64,000 nucleotides of DNA, from NCBI GenBank assembly GCA_965218295.1, contig CBDCKN010000013.1, forward strand, positions 1 through 64,000. The letters run 5' to 3'. A program made the position numbers and the translations under genes. The stretch is from Longimicrobiales bacterium (GTDB lineage: Bacteria; Gemmatimonadota; Gemmatimonadetes; Longimicrobiales; Gaopeijiaceae). The notes below the pieces were generated by a model. That model had not been told where the DNA came from. It was given only the letters and a program-made list of their open reading frames with translations, and did not search any database. Shown here piece by piece: positions 19,708-29,604 of the stretch; position 1 is the stretch's first letter; every line of letters begins with the position of its first letter.

Positions 19708-21015
19708 TCAGCGATCTTCGATCGGTACGAAATCCCGCCTACTGACTCCCGTGAAGATCTGCCTCGGACGGGAGATGCGCTGTTCCTCGTCCTCCAACAT
19801 CTCCTCCCACTGTGCGAGCCATCCCACGGTCCGCGGTATGGCGAAGAGCACAGGGAACATCTCCACCGGAAATCCCAGCGACTGGTAGATGAGCCCGGAG
19901 TAAAAGTCGACGTTGGGATACAGGTTCCGGGATACGAAGTAGTCGTCCTCCAGGGCGATCCTCTCGAGCTCGAGAGCCATGTCAAGGAGGGGATTCCGTC
20001 CCGTGACCTCGAACACCTCGTCTGCGGTTCGCTTGATGATGCTGGCCCGGGGATCATAGGCTTTGTACACGCGGTGCCCGAAGCCCATGAGGCGCTCTTC
20101 CTTGTTCTTCACGCCTTCCATGAACGCGGGGATGTTGTCCATGGAGCCGATCCGCACGAGCATCCTCAGAACCGCCTCGTTCGCCCCACCGTGAAGCGGC
20201 CCGAAGAGCGCACCCATGGCACCGGCCAGGGCCGAGTAGGGATCCGCCTCGGAGCTCCCGATGACACGCATCGTGGTCGTAGAGCAGTTCTGCTCGTGGT
20301 CCGCATGCAGGATGAAGAGCACGTCCAGTGCCCGCTCCAGGACCGGGTTGGGCTTGTATTCCCGCCCGCCGATGCGGAAGAGCATGTTCAGGAAGTTCGC
20401 CGTGTAGGACAGCTCGTTCTCGGGATAGACGCCGGGCAGCCCCCGGTGATGCCGGTATGCGAGCGCCGCCAGGGTCGGCATCTTGGCCACCAGACGCTGG
20501 ATCTGAAGCCAGCGGTTCTTCGGATCCCTGACGTTCTTGCCGTCGGGGTAGAAGGTGTTGAGCGCGGCCACCCCGCTGATGACCATGCTCATGGCGTGCG
20601 CGTCGTAGCGGAAGCCGTTCATCACCGTGCGGAAGTTCTCGTGCACGTACGTGTGGGTCGTGACGCTCTCCGTGAAGTCGTCCAGCTCAGACTTGGTGGG
20701 GAGCTCACCTCTCAGGATGAGGTAAGCCACCTCCAGGAAGGTGCTCCGCTCGGCGAGCTGCTCGATGGGATATCCACGGTACTCCAGGATTCCCCTCCCA
20801 CCGTCGATGTAGGTGATCGAGCTTCGGGTTGAGGCTGTGTTCGAAAAGGCGGGATCGTACGACATCATGCCGAAGTCGTCGTCACTGACCTTGATTTGGC
20901 GGAGATCCATGGCCCTGATGACATCACCCTCGTGAATATCGATCTCGTACTCACGATCCGTGCGGTTGTCCCGGATCGTCAGTGTGTTCTTACCATCACT
21001 CCCGTTGTCGCCCAT
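19708..21015 (-). CDS. gltA: Citrate synthase
   Basis: ILHADHEQNCST, GPLHGGANE, LMGFGHRVYK, YPNVDFYSG, RPRQI. Confidence 0.97.
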   Translation of the reverse strand: MGDNGSDGKNTLTIRDNRTDREYEIDIHEGDVIRAMDLRQIKVSDDDFGMMSYDPAFSNTASTRSSITYIDGGRGILEYRGYPIEQLAERSTFLEVAYLILRGELPTKSELDDFTESVTTHTYVHENFRTVMNGFRYDAHAMSMVISGVAALNTFYPDGKNVRDPKNRWLQIQRLVAKMPTLAALAYRHHRGLPGVYPENELSYTANFLNMLFRIGGREYKPNPVLERALDVLFILHADHEQNCSTTTMRVIGSSEADPYSALAGAMGALFGPLHGGANEAVLRMLVRIGSMDNIPAFMEGVKNKEERLMGFGHRVYKAYDPRASIIKRTADEVFEVTGRNPLLDMALELERIALEDDYFVSRNLYPNVDFYSGLIYQSLGFPVEMFPVLFAIPRTVGWLAQWEEMLEDEEQRISRPRQIFTGVSRRDFVPIEDR

Positions 21016-21171
21016 TTCGTCTCCGATGCCGGCCAAAATTCCCGATCGAGCGCGGAAATGCCCTTGATTCGTTGGATTCCTGAGAGTGTCCCCATTTGGG
21101 GAACAACTTTTAAAGTTAAGGAATTATGCACTGGCGATGAAGGTGCTCCTTCGCGCGATTCTGCGCCGAAC

Positions 21172-21310
21172 TCAGGTGCGGCGTACCACGAGAGCGTCGA
21201 CGGAGACCGCCCGATCCGGATAGGCGAAGGTTGGGTTGAGCTCGACCTCCATGATCGAGGGACCCGGCGGGACGTTGGGGCTGCCTTCCACTTTCTCCCC
21301 GAGATATGCC
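21172..21310 (-). pseudogene. Frameshifted remnant ending like an acyl-CoA ligase ATP-grasp C-terminus
   Basis: IMEVELNPTFAYPDRAVSVDALVVRRT resembles I.ELDLNP…..AVDA; the upstream part switches frames. Confidence 0.35.
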
Positions 21311-21594
21311 AACCCTCCAGTGCGTCCTGGGGCAGCCGAAACCGGCGCATTCGGTGGTGATACACCAGAGCCTGAGATAGGGCGAGCGGGTTCTTCAGGA
21401 GCGCTCGAGCGGCCGGCCCCACGGTGCGGCGCGCGGACGCCGTGGGAGGAACCGGCTCGACTCCAACCGGGTGCATGTCGCCGACGCCGAGCGCCCTTGA
21501 GTTGGTGGAACGCCAGGCGGCGCATCACGGGCACTGGGAATCGACCGAACGGCCGAGCCGTTACAATACTGTCGCTCGTCCTCGCGGTCAGCAC

Positions 21595-21815
21595 CTAACC
21601 GAGTGCCGCGCTCCTCTCCGTCTGCTCGAGCATGTCTTGTATGCCGGCTGAATGCGGCAACCCCTGTAGTCTTGCAAGTTGGTCGCGTTTTCTGACCTCG
21701 GTGAAGCGCTGGTAGTAATACTCGATGTCCCCGGGCGTCAAGTCGGGCAGAGCGAGAATTGTGTGGCGATGATTCGCGGGTAACTCAAAGTAGTTCTCGG
21801 GCAGGCACCCTGATC
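21595..21815 (-). pseudogene. Orphan C-terminal gene fragment (possibly the tail of a radical SAM protein)
   Basis: Protein-like …LPENYFELPANHRHTILALPDLTPGDIEYYYQRF… with stop but no start or RBS. Confidence 0.3.
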
Positions 21816-21829
21816 GTACGCTCGCCATC

Positions 21830-22192
21830 CTAGGCGCCGTGAAAGGCAACTGGCTTGCCACGTGGCTCCGGCTCCAGATCCGGTTGGCTCGAGTCCGTGA
21901 AGACCTCGTGCAACTCGAGCTGGCTCGACTGCATGAACGCTTCTTGCGGAAGCGTGCCGGAGCGTGCATGCCCTTTCACAAACTCGTCCGACTTTACCCA
22001 CGCATCGAACGCGGCCCGGGATTCCCACAGCGTCAAGACAATGTATGGGTCTCCCGAATTGACTGGGCGCAGTACCTTGTTCCAGATAAACCCGGGCATC
22101 GCGTCCACCAGCCGCGCCCGTGTCCGGAAGCGCTGCTCGAACTGCTCGGCGTACTCCGGCACCACATAGATCCGGTTCATGGCGGTGATCAT
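21830..22192 (-). CDS. Antibiotic biosynthesis monooxygenase domain protein (IsdG/HmoA-like)
   Basis: MITAMNRIYV…FEQRFRTRARLVDAMPGF…Y.VLT.WESRAAFDAW.KSDEF.KGH; GGAG RBS. Confidence 0.85.
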   Translation of the reverse strand: MITAMNRIYVVPEYAEQFEQRFRTRARLVDAMPGFIWNKVLRPVNSGDPYIVLTLWESRAAFDAWVKSDEFVKGHARSGTLPQEAFMQSSQLELHEVFTDSSQPDLEPEPRGKPVAFHGA

Positions 22193-22291
22193 TGTCGGTT
22201 ACTCTCCATGGGGCTTGCACTCACGCTCCCAGATGCCGGCCTGGTAGCGGATTTCGTGGGACCCGAGGCTTTTACGGCGGAACGTACGACC

Positions 22292-23962
22292 TCAGCGACG
22301 CCTTGGCTCGACAGGCTCGAAGCTCCGATAGTCGTTCGGATCGCCGCTGCCTTTGTATCTCGCCTGCAGCGGATATGGATAATGAGGCCGAGTGAATTCG
22401 TACCTGTTGGGTACCGATGAATTCGCTTGAACGATCGCGAGCAGGTCGCCCGAACTTTGCGCGTCTCGAGTAGTCACTACTTCGGCATGATAGCCTACGA
22501 TCATATCGGGCGCCTGACCCTGTTCGACCCAGGCTTCTAGATAGCTGAGAAAGTCGCCGCTGGCCGCGCCATCGCCACCACGGCAATGCGACCGCCCCGG
22601 AATCATGAAGAGGCGATAAAATTCCTGGGTGCTGGCCCGCCCGCCTATGATTCTTTCCGCCATCTCATAATAATCGACGCTGACTCGCGGCCCGGGAAGA
22701 CCGGAGTCTTCCCAGCCCTGGATGATCATCAGCTTGCCACCCGCAGCCTTGAAGTTACGCAGATCGGGATTGTTGTAGCCATTCACAACCGCGTCCATCA
22801 TCCCGGTGCGCTTGTAATCACTGTCGAAATCAAAATCGGCCGACGTCCAGCTTGGCCCCGGATCCGGATTGAAACCCATGAACCGCCACCAGCTGGTCTT
22901 ATACTCGAGATCCCTGGAAAACGAGTTACCCTTCTCCGAGCCGGGCAGGGCGGGGTACCAGGGGAAGTATTTGCTGAGCTTCTCCCCTTTCGACGTCACC
23001 GGCCCCTCGTAGACTTTCCTGGCCGCCTCCACCTGGACCGGCGACAGACAGCCCGATCTCTGACCCGGCTCGCAGGTCAGTTCGGCAGGATCGAATTCGC
23101 AGGTCCGGGGATCGCCACCGATGATCCCATCCTCGAGGCCATCGTCCGCATCGCATGCGGCGAGGGCCCCCTCGTGAAGCACGTCCAGATCGCCGGGCGT
23201 GAAAAGCCGATTGCCGTCCTCGTCATGAATCGCCAGGGCGTTCCAAAGGAGCATGACACCCGAGGCCGTCACGCTGGATGGCTCCATGGCGAGAATGCCG
23301 TCGAAGTTCCACGGAAATCGCTGCGCTTCGACCATCCCCTGCTTGCCACCGCCAGAACAGCCAAGATGATAGGAGAACTCTGGCGCCCTGCCGTAGTAGT
23401 GTTCTGTGATGGCCTTGCCCGCCAGGGCGGCGACATGGTGGCCGCGGATGCCGTAATCAAACTCCGCCTGGAGATTGTTGTAGGCCCACGAGGCCCTGAG
23501 ATTCCAACCAGTATGCCCCGTATCGTGCGAGATACAGGCATAGCCTCTCCGCAATGCCTCATCGCACCAGGGGCCCATCCGTTCCGTCGAGCCGCCATAG
23601 CCACCAAGGCTCGCCTCCAGAAAATTGCCGTTCCAGTCGGAGCTCCCCGGCAGTCGTAACACGATCCTGACATTGGGCGAGACATAGCCCTCCACACGGC
23701 AATGGGCGGGCACATCGCCGGCGGCGTCCACCACCCGGGCTTCCATCACCTGCGCCGGCGCATCCTGAATGGTCGTGAAGTCAGTCGTCGGCAGCGCCTC
23801 ACAGTCGGCGACAGCAGCCGACGGGCCACCGGCCCGGGCCGCCTCGCTGGGATCTGTCTCAACGGCCAGGATCGCACCGGCGCTCAGGCTGCCAGCCCCG
23901 ACCCACATCCCTCCCATCGCCAGCGCCAGGCCCACCGCGAATCTCTTGAACGTGCGCTTCAT
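22292..23962 (-). CDS. Secreted tannase/feruloyl esterase-family hydrolase, copy 1
   Basis: Signal peptide; WNG.F, DTGH, YYG..P..SY..GCSGGG.QG..EAQRFP..FDGI, CD..DGL.DG, F.AAGGKL…GWED, RLFM.PG..HC.GG, RP.YPYP..ARYKG.GD. Confidence 0.93.
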   Translation of the reverse strand: MKRTFKRFAVGLALAMGGMWVGAGSLSAGAILAVETDPSEAARAGGPSAAVADCEALPTTDFTTIQDAPAQVMEARVVDAAGDVPAHCRVEGYVSPNVRIVLRLPGSSDWNGNFLEASLGGYGGSTERMGPWCDEALRRGYACISHDTGHTGWNLRASWAYNNLQAEFDYGIRGHHVAALAGKAITEHYYGRAPEFSYHLGCSGGGKQGMVEAQRFPWNFDGILAMEPSSVTASGVMLLWNALAIHDEDGNRLFTPGDLDVLHEGALAACDADDGLEDGIIGGDPRTCEFDPAELTCEPGQRSGCLSPVQVEAARKVYEGPVTSKGEKLSKYFPWYPALPGSEKGNSFSRDLEYKTSWWRFMGFNPDPGPSWTSADFDFDSDYKRTGMMDAVVNGYNNPDLRNFKAAGGKLMIIQGWEDSGLPGPRVSVDYYEMAERIIGGRASTQEFYRLFMIPGRSHCRGGDGAASGDFLSYLEAWVEQGQAPDMIVGYHAEVVTTRDAQSSGDLLAIVQANSSVPNRYEFTRPHYPYPLQARYKGSGDPNDYRSFEPVEPRRR

Positions 23963-23983
23963 CGTATCTTCCTTTCGTTGATC

Positions 23984-25567
23984 TCAGCGACGCCTTGGTT
24001 CGACAGGCTCGAAGCTCCGATAGTCGTTCGGATCGCCGCTGCCTTTGTATCTCGCCTGCAGCGGATATGGATAATGGGACCGAGTGAATTCGTACCTGTC
24101 GGGGTTCTTCAGCCCTCTGAACAACTCAGTCGTATCTTTGGCCCAATCTTCGGCATGGTAGCCGATAACCATATCGGGCGCCTGACCCTCTTCGACCCAG
24201 GCTTCGAGATAGCTGAGAAAGTCGCCGCTGGCCGCGCCATCGCCACTATTGCCATGCGCCCCCCCCGGAATCATGAAGAGGCGGTAAAATTCCTGGGTGC
24301 TGGCCCGCCCGCCCATGATTCTTTCCGCCATCTCATAGTAGTCGACGCTGACTAGCGGCCCGGGAAGGCCGGAGTCTTCCCAGCCCTGGATGATCATCAG
24401 CTTGCCACCCGCAGCCTTGAAGTTACGCAGATCGGGATTGTTGTAGCCATTCACAATCGCGTCCATCATCCCGGTACGCTTGTAATCGTGGTCGAAATCA
24501 AAATCGGCCGACGTCCAGCTCGGCCCCGGATCTGGATTGAAACCCATGAACCGCCACCAGCTGGTCTTATACTCGAGATCCATGGAAAAGAAGGTACCCT
24601 TCTCCGAGCCGGGCAGGGCGGGGTACCAGGGGAAGTATTTGCTGAGCTTTTCCCCTTTTGACGTCACCGGCCCCTCGTAGACTTTCCTGGCCGCCTCCAC
24701 CTGGACCGGCGACAGACAGCCCGATCTCTGACCCGGCTCGCAGGTAAGTTCGGCAGGATCGAATGTGCAGGTCCGGGGATCGCCACCGATGATCCCATCC
24801 TCGAGGCCATCGTCCGCATCGCATGCGGCGAGGGCCCCCTCGTGAAGTACGTCCAGATCGGCGGGCGTGAAAAGCGGATTGCCGTCCTCGTCATGAGTCG
24901 CCAAGGCGTTCCAAAGGACCATGACACCCGAGGCCGTCACGTTGGAGGGCACCAGGGCAAGAATGCCGTCGAAGTTCCACGGAAATCGATTCGCTTCGAC
25001 CATCCCCTGCTTGCCGCCACCAGAGGAGCCGACATGATAGGAGAACTCTGGCGCCCTGCCGTAGTAGTGTTCGGTGATGGCCTTGCCCGCCAGGGCGGCG
25101 ACATGGTGGCCGCGGATGCCGTAATCAAACTCCGCCTGGAGATTGTTGTAGGCCCACGAGGCCCTGAGATTCCAGCCGGTATGGCCTGTATCGTGCGTGA
25201 TGCAGGCATAGCCTCTCCGCAATGTCTCCTCGCACCAGGGCGCCCGCGCCTCCGTCGAGCCGCCATAGCCGCCAAGGCTCATCTCCATAAACTTGCCGTT
25301 CCAGTCGGAGCTCCTCGGCAGTCGTAATACGATCCCGACATTGGGCGAGACATAGCCCTCCACGCGGCAATGGGCGGGCACATCGCCGGCGGCATCCACC
25401 ACCCGGGCTTCCGTCACCTGCGTCGGCGCGTCCTGAATGGTCGTGAAGTCCGCCGTCGGCAGTGCCTCACAGTCGGCGGCGGCAGCCGACGGGCCACCAC
25501 AGGCGACCCACCCCGCTCCGATCGCCAGGGCCAGGCCCAACGCGAATCTGTTGAACGTGCGCTTCAT
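23984..25567 (-). CDS. Secreted tannase/feruloyl esterase-family hydrolase, copy 2 (lacks both catalytic-disulfide Cys)
   Basis: Same motifs but GSSGGG and PGGAHGNSG; AAGGAAG RBS before ATG 25567. Confidence 0.92.
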   Translation of the reverse strand: MKRTFNRFALGLALAIGAGWVACGGPSAAAADCEALPTADFTTIQDAPTQVTEARVVDAAGDVPAHCRVEGYVSPNVGIVLRLPRSSDWNGKFMEMSLGGYGGSTEARAPWCEETLRRGYACITHDTGHTGWNLRASWAYNNLQAEFDYGIRGHHVAALAGKAITEHYYGRAPEFSYHVGSSGGGKQGMVEANRFPWNFDGILALVPSNVTASGVMVLWNALATHDEDGNPLFTPADLDVLHEGALAACDADDGLEDGIIGGDPRTCTFDPAELTCEPGQRSGCLSPVQVEAARKVYEGPVTSKGEKLSKYFPWYPALPGSEKGTFFSMDLEYKTSWWRFMGFNPDPGPSWTSADFDFDHDYKRTGMMDAIVNGYNNPDLRNFKAAGGKLMIIQGWEDSGLPGPLVSVDYYEMAERIMGGRASTQEFYRLFMIPGGAHGNSGDGAASGDFLSYLEAWVEEGQAPDMVIGYHAEDWAKDTTELFRGLKNPDRYEFTRSHYPYPLQARYKGSGDPNDYRSFEPVEPRRR

Positions 25568-25647
25568 CGTATCTTCCTTTCTTGTGAGTACCGTGCACGT
25601 CACGTCGCAAGGTGCTCGCCGGCCTGACAGCGCTCGTGAAAGCACGA

Positions 25648-25788
25648 GACGAAGTCATGACCACGGCCCTCCTCTACGTCTGCTCCATCACGGCCATGTT
25701 TAACATCAAAGGCCGGTCCTACCGGCTGAAGGAGCTCGAGAAGCTCATCCGCTGAACCTCGACGCGGTGCGACTCACTCCCGTGCACA
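25648..25788 (+). mobile_element. istB: IS21-family remnant: IstB C-terminus and probable right end
   Basis: Degenerate DEVMTTALL.RLLHH.H.FNIKGRSYRLKELEKLIR*, then a short tail ending …GTGCACA (IS21 elements end in CA). Confidence 0.65.
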
Positions 25789-26075
25789 GCTTGGGGGTCG
25801 TCCGCTATGTTACGCTCCGAATGTGGAGCTCACAACCAGTGGGCCAGTGGCGCCGTTCGTTCCCGAGGCCACTTCTGAAGGAGAGCCCTGAAGCATGACT
25901 CAGGAAGAGCTTACGATGGTCAAGACCGGAGCGGCGATTCAGGAGGAGATGAGCGTCCTGACCGAGGCTGAACAGGAAGATCTTCGCAGCCCTGCCGCAT
26001 GGTCGGGAAGAAGGATCTACGGGAAAAATGGATAGAGTGGAGGCCGGGGCAATGACGAATGAGACGGTGTAGTTC

Positions 26076-27149
26076 GTGGATCGGGATGTGGACCTGATCG
26101 AGCACTACTACGAGCAGGGCTTTTCGGACGGTTTTCCCGTCGTGCCGCCGACGCCGGAGAAGATGGAGAAGGTCCTGGCCGCGCTCGGTGGAGAGCCCGA
26201 GCGGGTCGAATGCCGCGTCCCTCCGCGCTGGGGAACCCTGACGCGGGAGATACTGGCGGTCAACATCGTGATGTCGGGCTGCAAGCCGGAGTACGCGCCG
26301 GTCGTGCGCGCGGCGATGCTGGCGCTCTGCGATCCCCACTTCAATCTGAACGGCGTACAGGCCACGACCCACATGGCCTGCCCTCTTCTCGTGATAAACG
26401 GACCCATCCGGAACGAGATCGGCATGAACGCCGGATGCAACGTCTTCGGTTCGGGAAACCGCGCGAACGCAACCATCGGTCGGGCGGTGCGCATGATCCT
26501 CCTGAACGCCGGCGGGGCGTGGCCGGGGGAGCTCGACAAGAGCACGCTGGGTCATCCCGGCAAGTACACCTACTGCATCGCCGAAAACGAGGAGATCAGC
26601 CCCTGGGCGCCCTATCACGTCGAAAAGGGTTTCGAGCCCGGGGACAGCACTGTCTTCGCCATCGCCGCCGAGCCGCCGCACAGCGTTACCAACCACGTCT
26701 CGGACGATCCCGAGGGCATCCTCGAAAGCATCTGTTCGGCCATGAGCACCATCGCGCACAACAACGCCGTCAGCAGCGGCTCATGCGCGGTCATCATCGG
26801 CCCGGAGCACGCGGCCACCATTGCCGCCAAAGACTGGACGCGCCACGATGTCCGCAACTTTCTCTGGGCGAACACGAAAAACACCTTCGCCGATATCACG
26901 TTCAGCCACCGCTACGAGAAAATCTACAACCGGAATCTCCCCCGCTGGTATAAGCGCGGCCTCGACTCGCGCATCCCCATCGTACCGGGGCCGGACAACA
27001 TTCATCTGTTCGTCGCGGGGGGAGACGCGGGGCGCTTCTCGGCGTTCATCCCCGGCTGGGGGCACATGGCCAATCCCGTCCTGCGTGGGATCGACGGTAA
27101 AGAACCGGCGGCGGGTCCCGTCTGCGTGGACGGCACCTGCATGCTCTAA
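26076..27149 (+). CDS. Conserved protein of the family usually encoded next to UGSC (seleno)proteins
   Basis: DGFPVVPPT, AVN.VMSGC.PEY.PVV, ATT…P…NGP, GNRANATIGRAVR, LG.PGKY..C.AENEE.SPW; C-terminal CVDGTC. Confidence 0.7.
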   Translation: MDRDVDLIEHYYEQGFSDGFPVVPPTPEKMEKVLAALGGEPERVECRVPPRWGTLTREILAVNIVMSGCKPEYAPVVRAAMLALCDPHFNLNGVQATTHMACPLLVINGPIRNEIGMNAGCNVFGSGNRANATIGRAVRMILLNAGGAWPGELDKSTLGHPGKYTYCIAENEEISPWAPYHVEKGFEPGDSTVFAIAAEPPHSVTNHVSDDPEGILESICSAMSTIAHNNAVSSGSCAVIIGPEHAATIAAKDWTRHDVRNFLWANTKNTFADITFSHRYEKIYNRNLPRWYKRGLDSRIPIVPGPDNIHLFVAGGDAGRFSAFIPGWGHMANPVLRGIDGKEPAAGPVCVDGTCML

Positions 27150-27165
27150 CATTTCCGAAGGAGGA

Positions 27166-27406
27166 ATGACGATGACCACAACACTCGAAACAGGCCATCG
27201 CGTGTACGACCCACGCGGCATCGTCGAGGCCGAGGCAAAGCCGATCTCGCCGCGCGTCCTTTCTCTCAAAGGGCTTCGCGTCGGGATGGAGGGGGTTGAG
27301 CCTGCCGTCATCCCCCACCCCCTCAGTACACTCTCGGACGATGAGATCCAGGCGCGTGCCGCCGGCCGCCGCGCCCCAGGTGAAAAAGATCCTGCTGGGC
27401 AGGTAA
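27166..27406 (+). pseudogene. Internally deleted UGSC-family (seleno)protein gene
   Basis: N-terminal VYDPR…PRVLSLKGLRVG is fused directly to C-terminal GMEGVEPAVIPHPLSTLSDDEI.ARA; the central (U/C)GSC region is absent; late frameshift. Confidence 0.55.
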
Positions 27407-27415
27407 GATTGCCCC

Positions 27416-27637
27416 ATGACGAAACCTCTCGAAGGCATCCGGGTCATCGACCTGACGCAGTACCTCGCCGGTCCCCAGGCGACGCTGTTCCTCGCCGGAA
27501 TGGGCGCGGAAGCGATCCGCATCAACAATCCGCACGCGCAAGACCCGGTGGCGGACAGCTCACCCTACGCCGGCCCCAAAGGCGTTTCCTTCCGGAAGCA
27601 GACCGAAGACGACGTCGGGGTCGCCTACCTCAAGCGA
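27416..27637 (+). pseudogene. 5' fragment of a CaiB/BaiF CoA-transferase
   Basis: PLEGIRVIDLTQYLAGP.AT..LA.MGAEAIRI, truncated at about the NR.K motif. Confidence 0.75.
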
Positions 27638-27693
27638 CGCCTCCGTGCCACCGTTCGGGTCGCCCGGCGCGCGTTGACCAGCTTTGGAGACTT

Positions 27694-28419
27694 TCAGACC
27701 CTGGTGAAACCACCGTCGATCACCAGGTTCTGTCCGCTGACGTAGGTGTTCTCCGGCCCGACCAACCACGCTACCAGCGCCGCGACCTCCTCGGGCTTGC
27801 CCGGTCGGCGGGCCGGGACATGCGCGGACAGTTCGGCCATGCCCTCTTCCCCGAGGACCCGGCGCGTGAGGTCGGTGTCGATGAAGCCGGGCGCGACACA
27901 GTTCGCCAGTATACCGTCGCGGGCAACCTCGGCCGCGAGCGCGGCCGTCATCCCATCGACACCAAACTTGCTGGTCGAGTAGGCGGCTCGTTGCTCGCGG
28001 CTGACGATGCCGAAAATGGAGCTGACGGTGACGATGCGCCCCCAGCCGCGGGCACGCATCGTCGGAACCACCGCTTGGCATAGCATGAACGGCGCCGTCA
28101 CGTTGACACGCTGGATGCGTGCGAAGTCGGCTCTCTCGATCTCCGCGAATGGGCTGATCTTGTTGATGCCGGCGTTGTTGACTAGGATGTCGATTCCCAA
28201 CTCGGCGACGCGGGAAGCGAGCTCCTGGGTCGCTTGTTCGTCCGCGAAGTCGGCCGCCTCGTAGCGGGTGCCCTCGGGGCCTCTTCCGTCCCGGCGAGTC
28301 CCCGTGATCACGACGTCTGCGCCATCCCGAAGCAGGCGCTCCGCGATGGCGCGACCGATGCCGCGGGTTCCCCCTGTCACGAGAGCAGTCTTGCCATCCA
28401 GGGTTCGCGGTTCGCTCAT
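27694..28419 (-). CDS. SDR-family oxidoreductase (FabG-like)
   Basis: TGGTRGIG, LVNNAG, YSTSK, NCVAPGFIDT, SGQNLVIDGG. Confidence 0.93.
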   Translation of the reverse strand: MSEPRTLDGKTALVTGGTRGIGRAIAERLLRDGADVVITGTRRDGRGPEGTRYEAADFADEQATQELASRVAELGIDILVNNAGINKISPFAEIERADFARIQRVNVTAPFMLCQAVVPTMRARGWGRIVTVSSIFGIVSREQRAAYSTSKFGVDGMTAALAAEVARDGILANCVAPGFIDTDLTRRVLGEEGMAELSAHVPARRPGKPEEVAALVAWLVGPENTYVSGQNLVIDGGFTRV

Positions 28420-28500
28420 GCTGCGCTCCAGTCTTCGATGATTGCCGCGATCCGCTCGCCGGCTTGACCGTCCCAGAGCGGTGGCACTTCTCCCTCGCGA
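28416..28500 (-). pseudogene. wecB: 3' fragment of UDP-GlcNAc 2-epimerase
   Basis: …GEVPPLWDGQAGERIAAII* with ATGA overlap onto the SDR gene. Confidence 0.5.
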
Positions 28501-28504
28501 GCGC

Positions 28505-28759
28505 CTACGGCCTTCGCTTCTCTCCTCTTTCCTGCTTCCTCGCGTCGACAAGGACGAGGATCTCGACGATCACCAGACGGGCTACCATAGGCACTATCAG
28601 AAAGACGCCGAACAGCGCGGTTGTGCTCCAACCGACGCTTGCCCCGTCTTCGCGCAGTGGCCACGGGAGAGGAGGGATTCCGACGAGATGGGCAACCCCA
28701 CTTAGGAGTAGGACGCCTATGCCGAGGGCGGCAACTATCTCAATCATGTGATAATGCAT
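28505..28759 (-). CDS. Small two-TM hypothetical protein
   Basis: 84-aa ORF with two hydrophobic stretches and a basic tail. Confidence 0.45.
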   Translation of the reverse strand: MHYHMIEIVAALGIGVLLLSGVAHLVGIPPLPWPLREDGASVGWSTTALFGVFLIVPMVARLVIVEILVLVDARKQERGEKRRP

Positions 28760-28863
28760 CGGTGGTCACCGCCCGGAGGATTTGCGATTCGGCTGCGCGA
28801 TCAATGTGTGGACCGCAAGCAAAGCGCGCGAGCCTGATGTCTATGGCGCCAGCGACCGTTTTG

Positions 28864-29574
28864 TTAGGCCCCACTGTTGCCCGTGTGTTCTTTGTCGACT
28901 CGACGCCACATCAAAACGCCAACTACGATCATCCACACCAGCAGGAGGAGGTTGGCAGGCATGCTTATCATCATCATCGATTCCGAAAACCCGGTGTACG
29001 CCAGGACGACGGCACCAGCTGCGGTCCCCAGCCCATCAAGTATCGCCAAGAAGCCAACCCAAACTGGGTAGATCGGGCTATGAATAATGGCGACACCATA
29101 CGCTGTCACGGTGATCCCGAAGAGCAAGCTCGTCAGGCTCGCCAACCCGGCCTCAACTTGCCGAACACCAAAGGCCGCTTCAAAGATGGCTAGTTGTTGT
29201 TCCGGCGGCGCCCCGGCCCATCGGTCCACCATGAACTTGAGGGCCACTCCATCGACAGCCTGAAGCACGGCCGTGCCAGCAAGAGTGGCAATTGCTCCGG
29301 CTAAGCCGATGCGTGACCAGGCCGCGGCTTTTCCCTCCTCCAGTGAGCGAGAAAGCATCACTAACGCCGCCACGATAATCACCACCCCGAGGAATTGACC
29401 AAGGTGAGTTCCTACCCAAAGGCGATCGGCAGCATATTCTGTGAAAGCTGCAACTGCATCGTTGGGGTCTGCCTCTCGCGGATGCATGAGCGTTGAAACG
29501 AACAGCACCAGTGGGCCGAGCATGGCGGCAATGGCCCCAATTCGGAGGAGCTGACGGTCAGAGGAATTCAGCAA
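28864..29574 (-). CDS. Multi-TM membrane protein (DUF4386-like)
   Basis: MHP…DPND..AAF.EYA…W..THLGQF.G, QAVDGVALK..VD.WA.AP; about six TM segments. Confidence 0.65.
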   Translation of the reverse strand: MLNSSDRQLLRIGAIAAMLGPLVLFVSTLMHPREADPNDAVAAFTEYAADRLWVGTHLGQFLGVVIIVAALVMLSRSLEEGKAAAWSRIGLAGAIATLAGTAVLQAVDGVALKFMVDRWAGAPPEQQLAIFEAAFGVRQVEAGLASLTSLLFGITVTAYGVAIIHSPIYPVWVGFLAILDGLGTAAGAVVLAYTGFSESMMMISMPANLLLLVWMIVVGVLMWRRVDKEHTGNSGA

Positions 29575-29604
29575 GGGTCTTCTCTTAAAGAAAGACGCAC
29601 GATC

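Larger units (their letters stand above)
22249..25929. repeat. ~3.7-kb segmental duplication, unit 1
   Basis: Aligns with 32364-36102 from ggat(t/c)tcgtgggacccg through two esterase genes, the IS21 remnant and …ttacgatggtcaag.ccgg. Confidence 0.92.

Noticed and set aside
25880..25929. Gene start MTQEELTMVK (also at ~36068) after AAGGAG
   Set aside because: Only about 10 codons survive before the duplication boundary; too short to assign.
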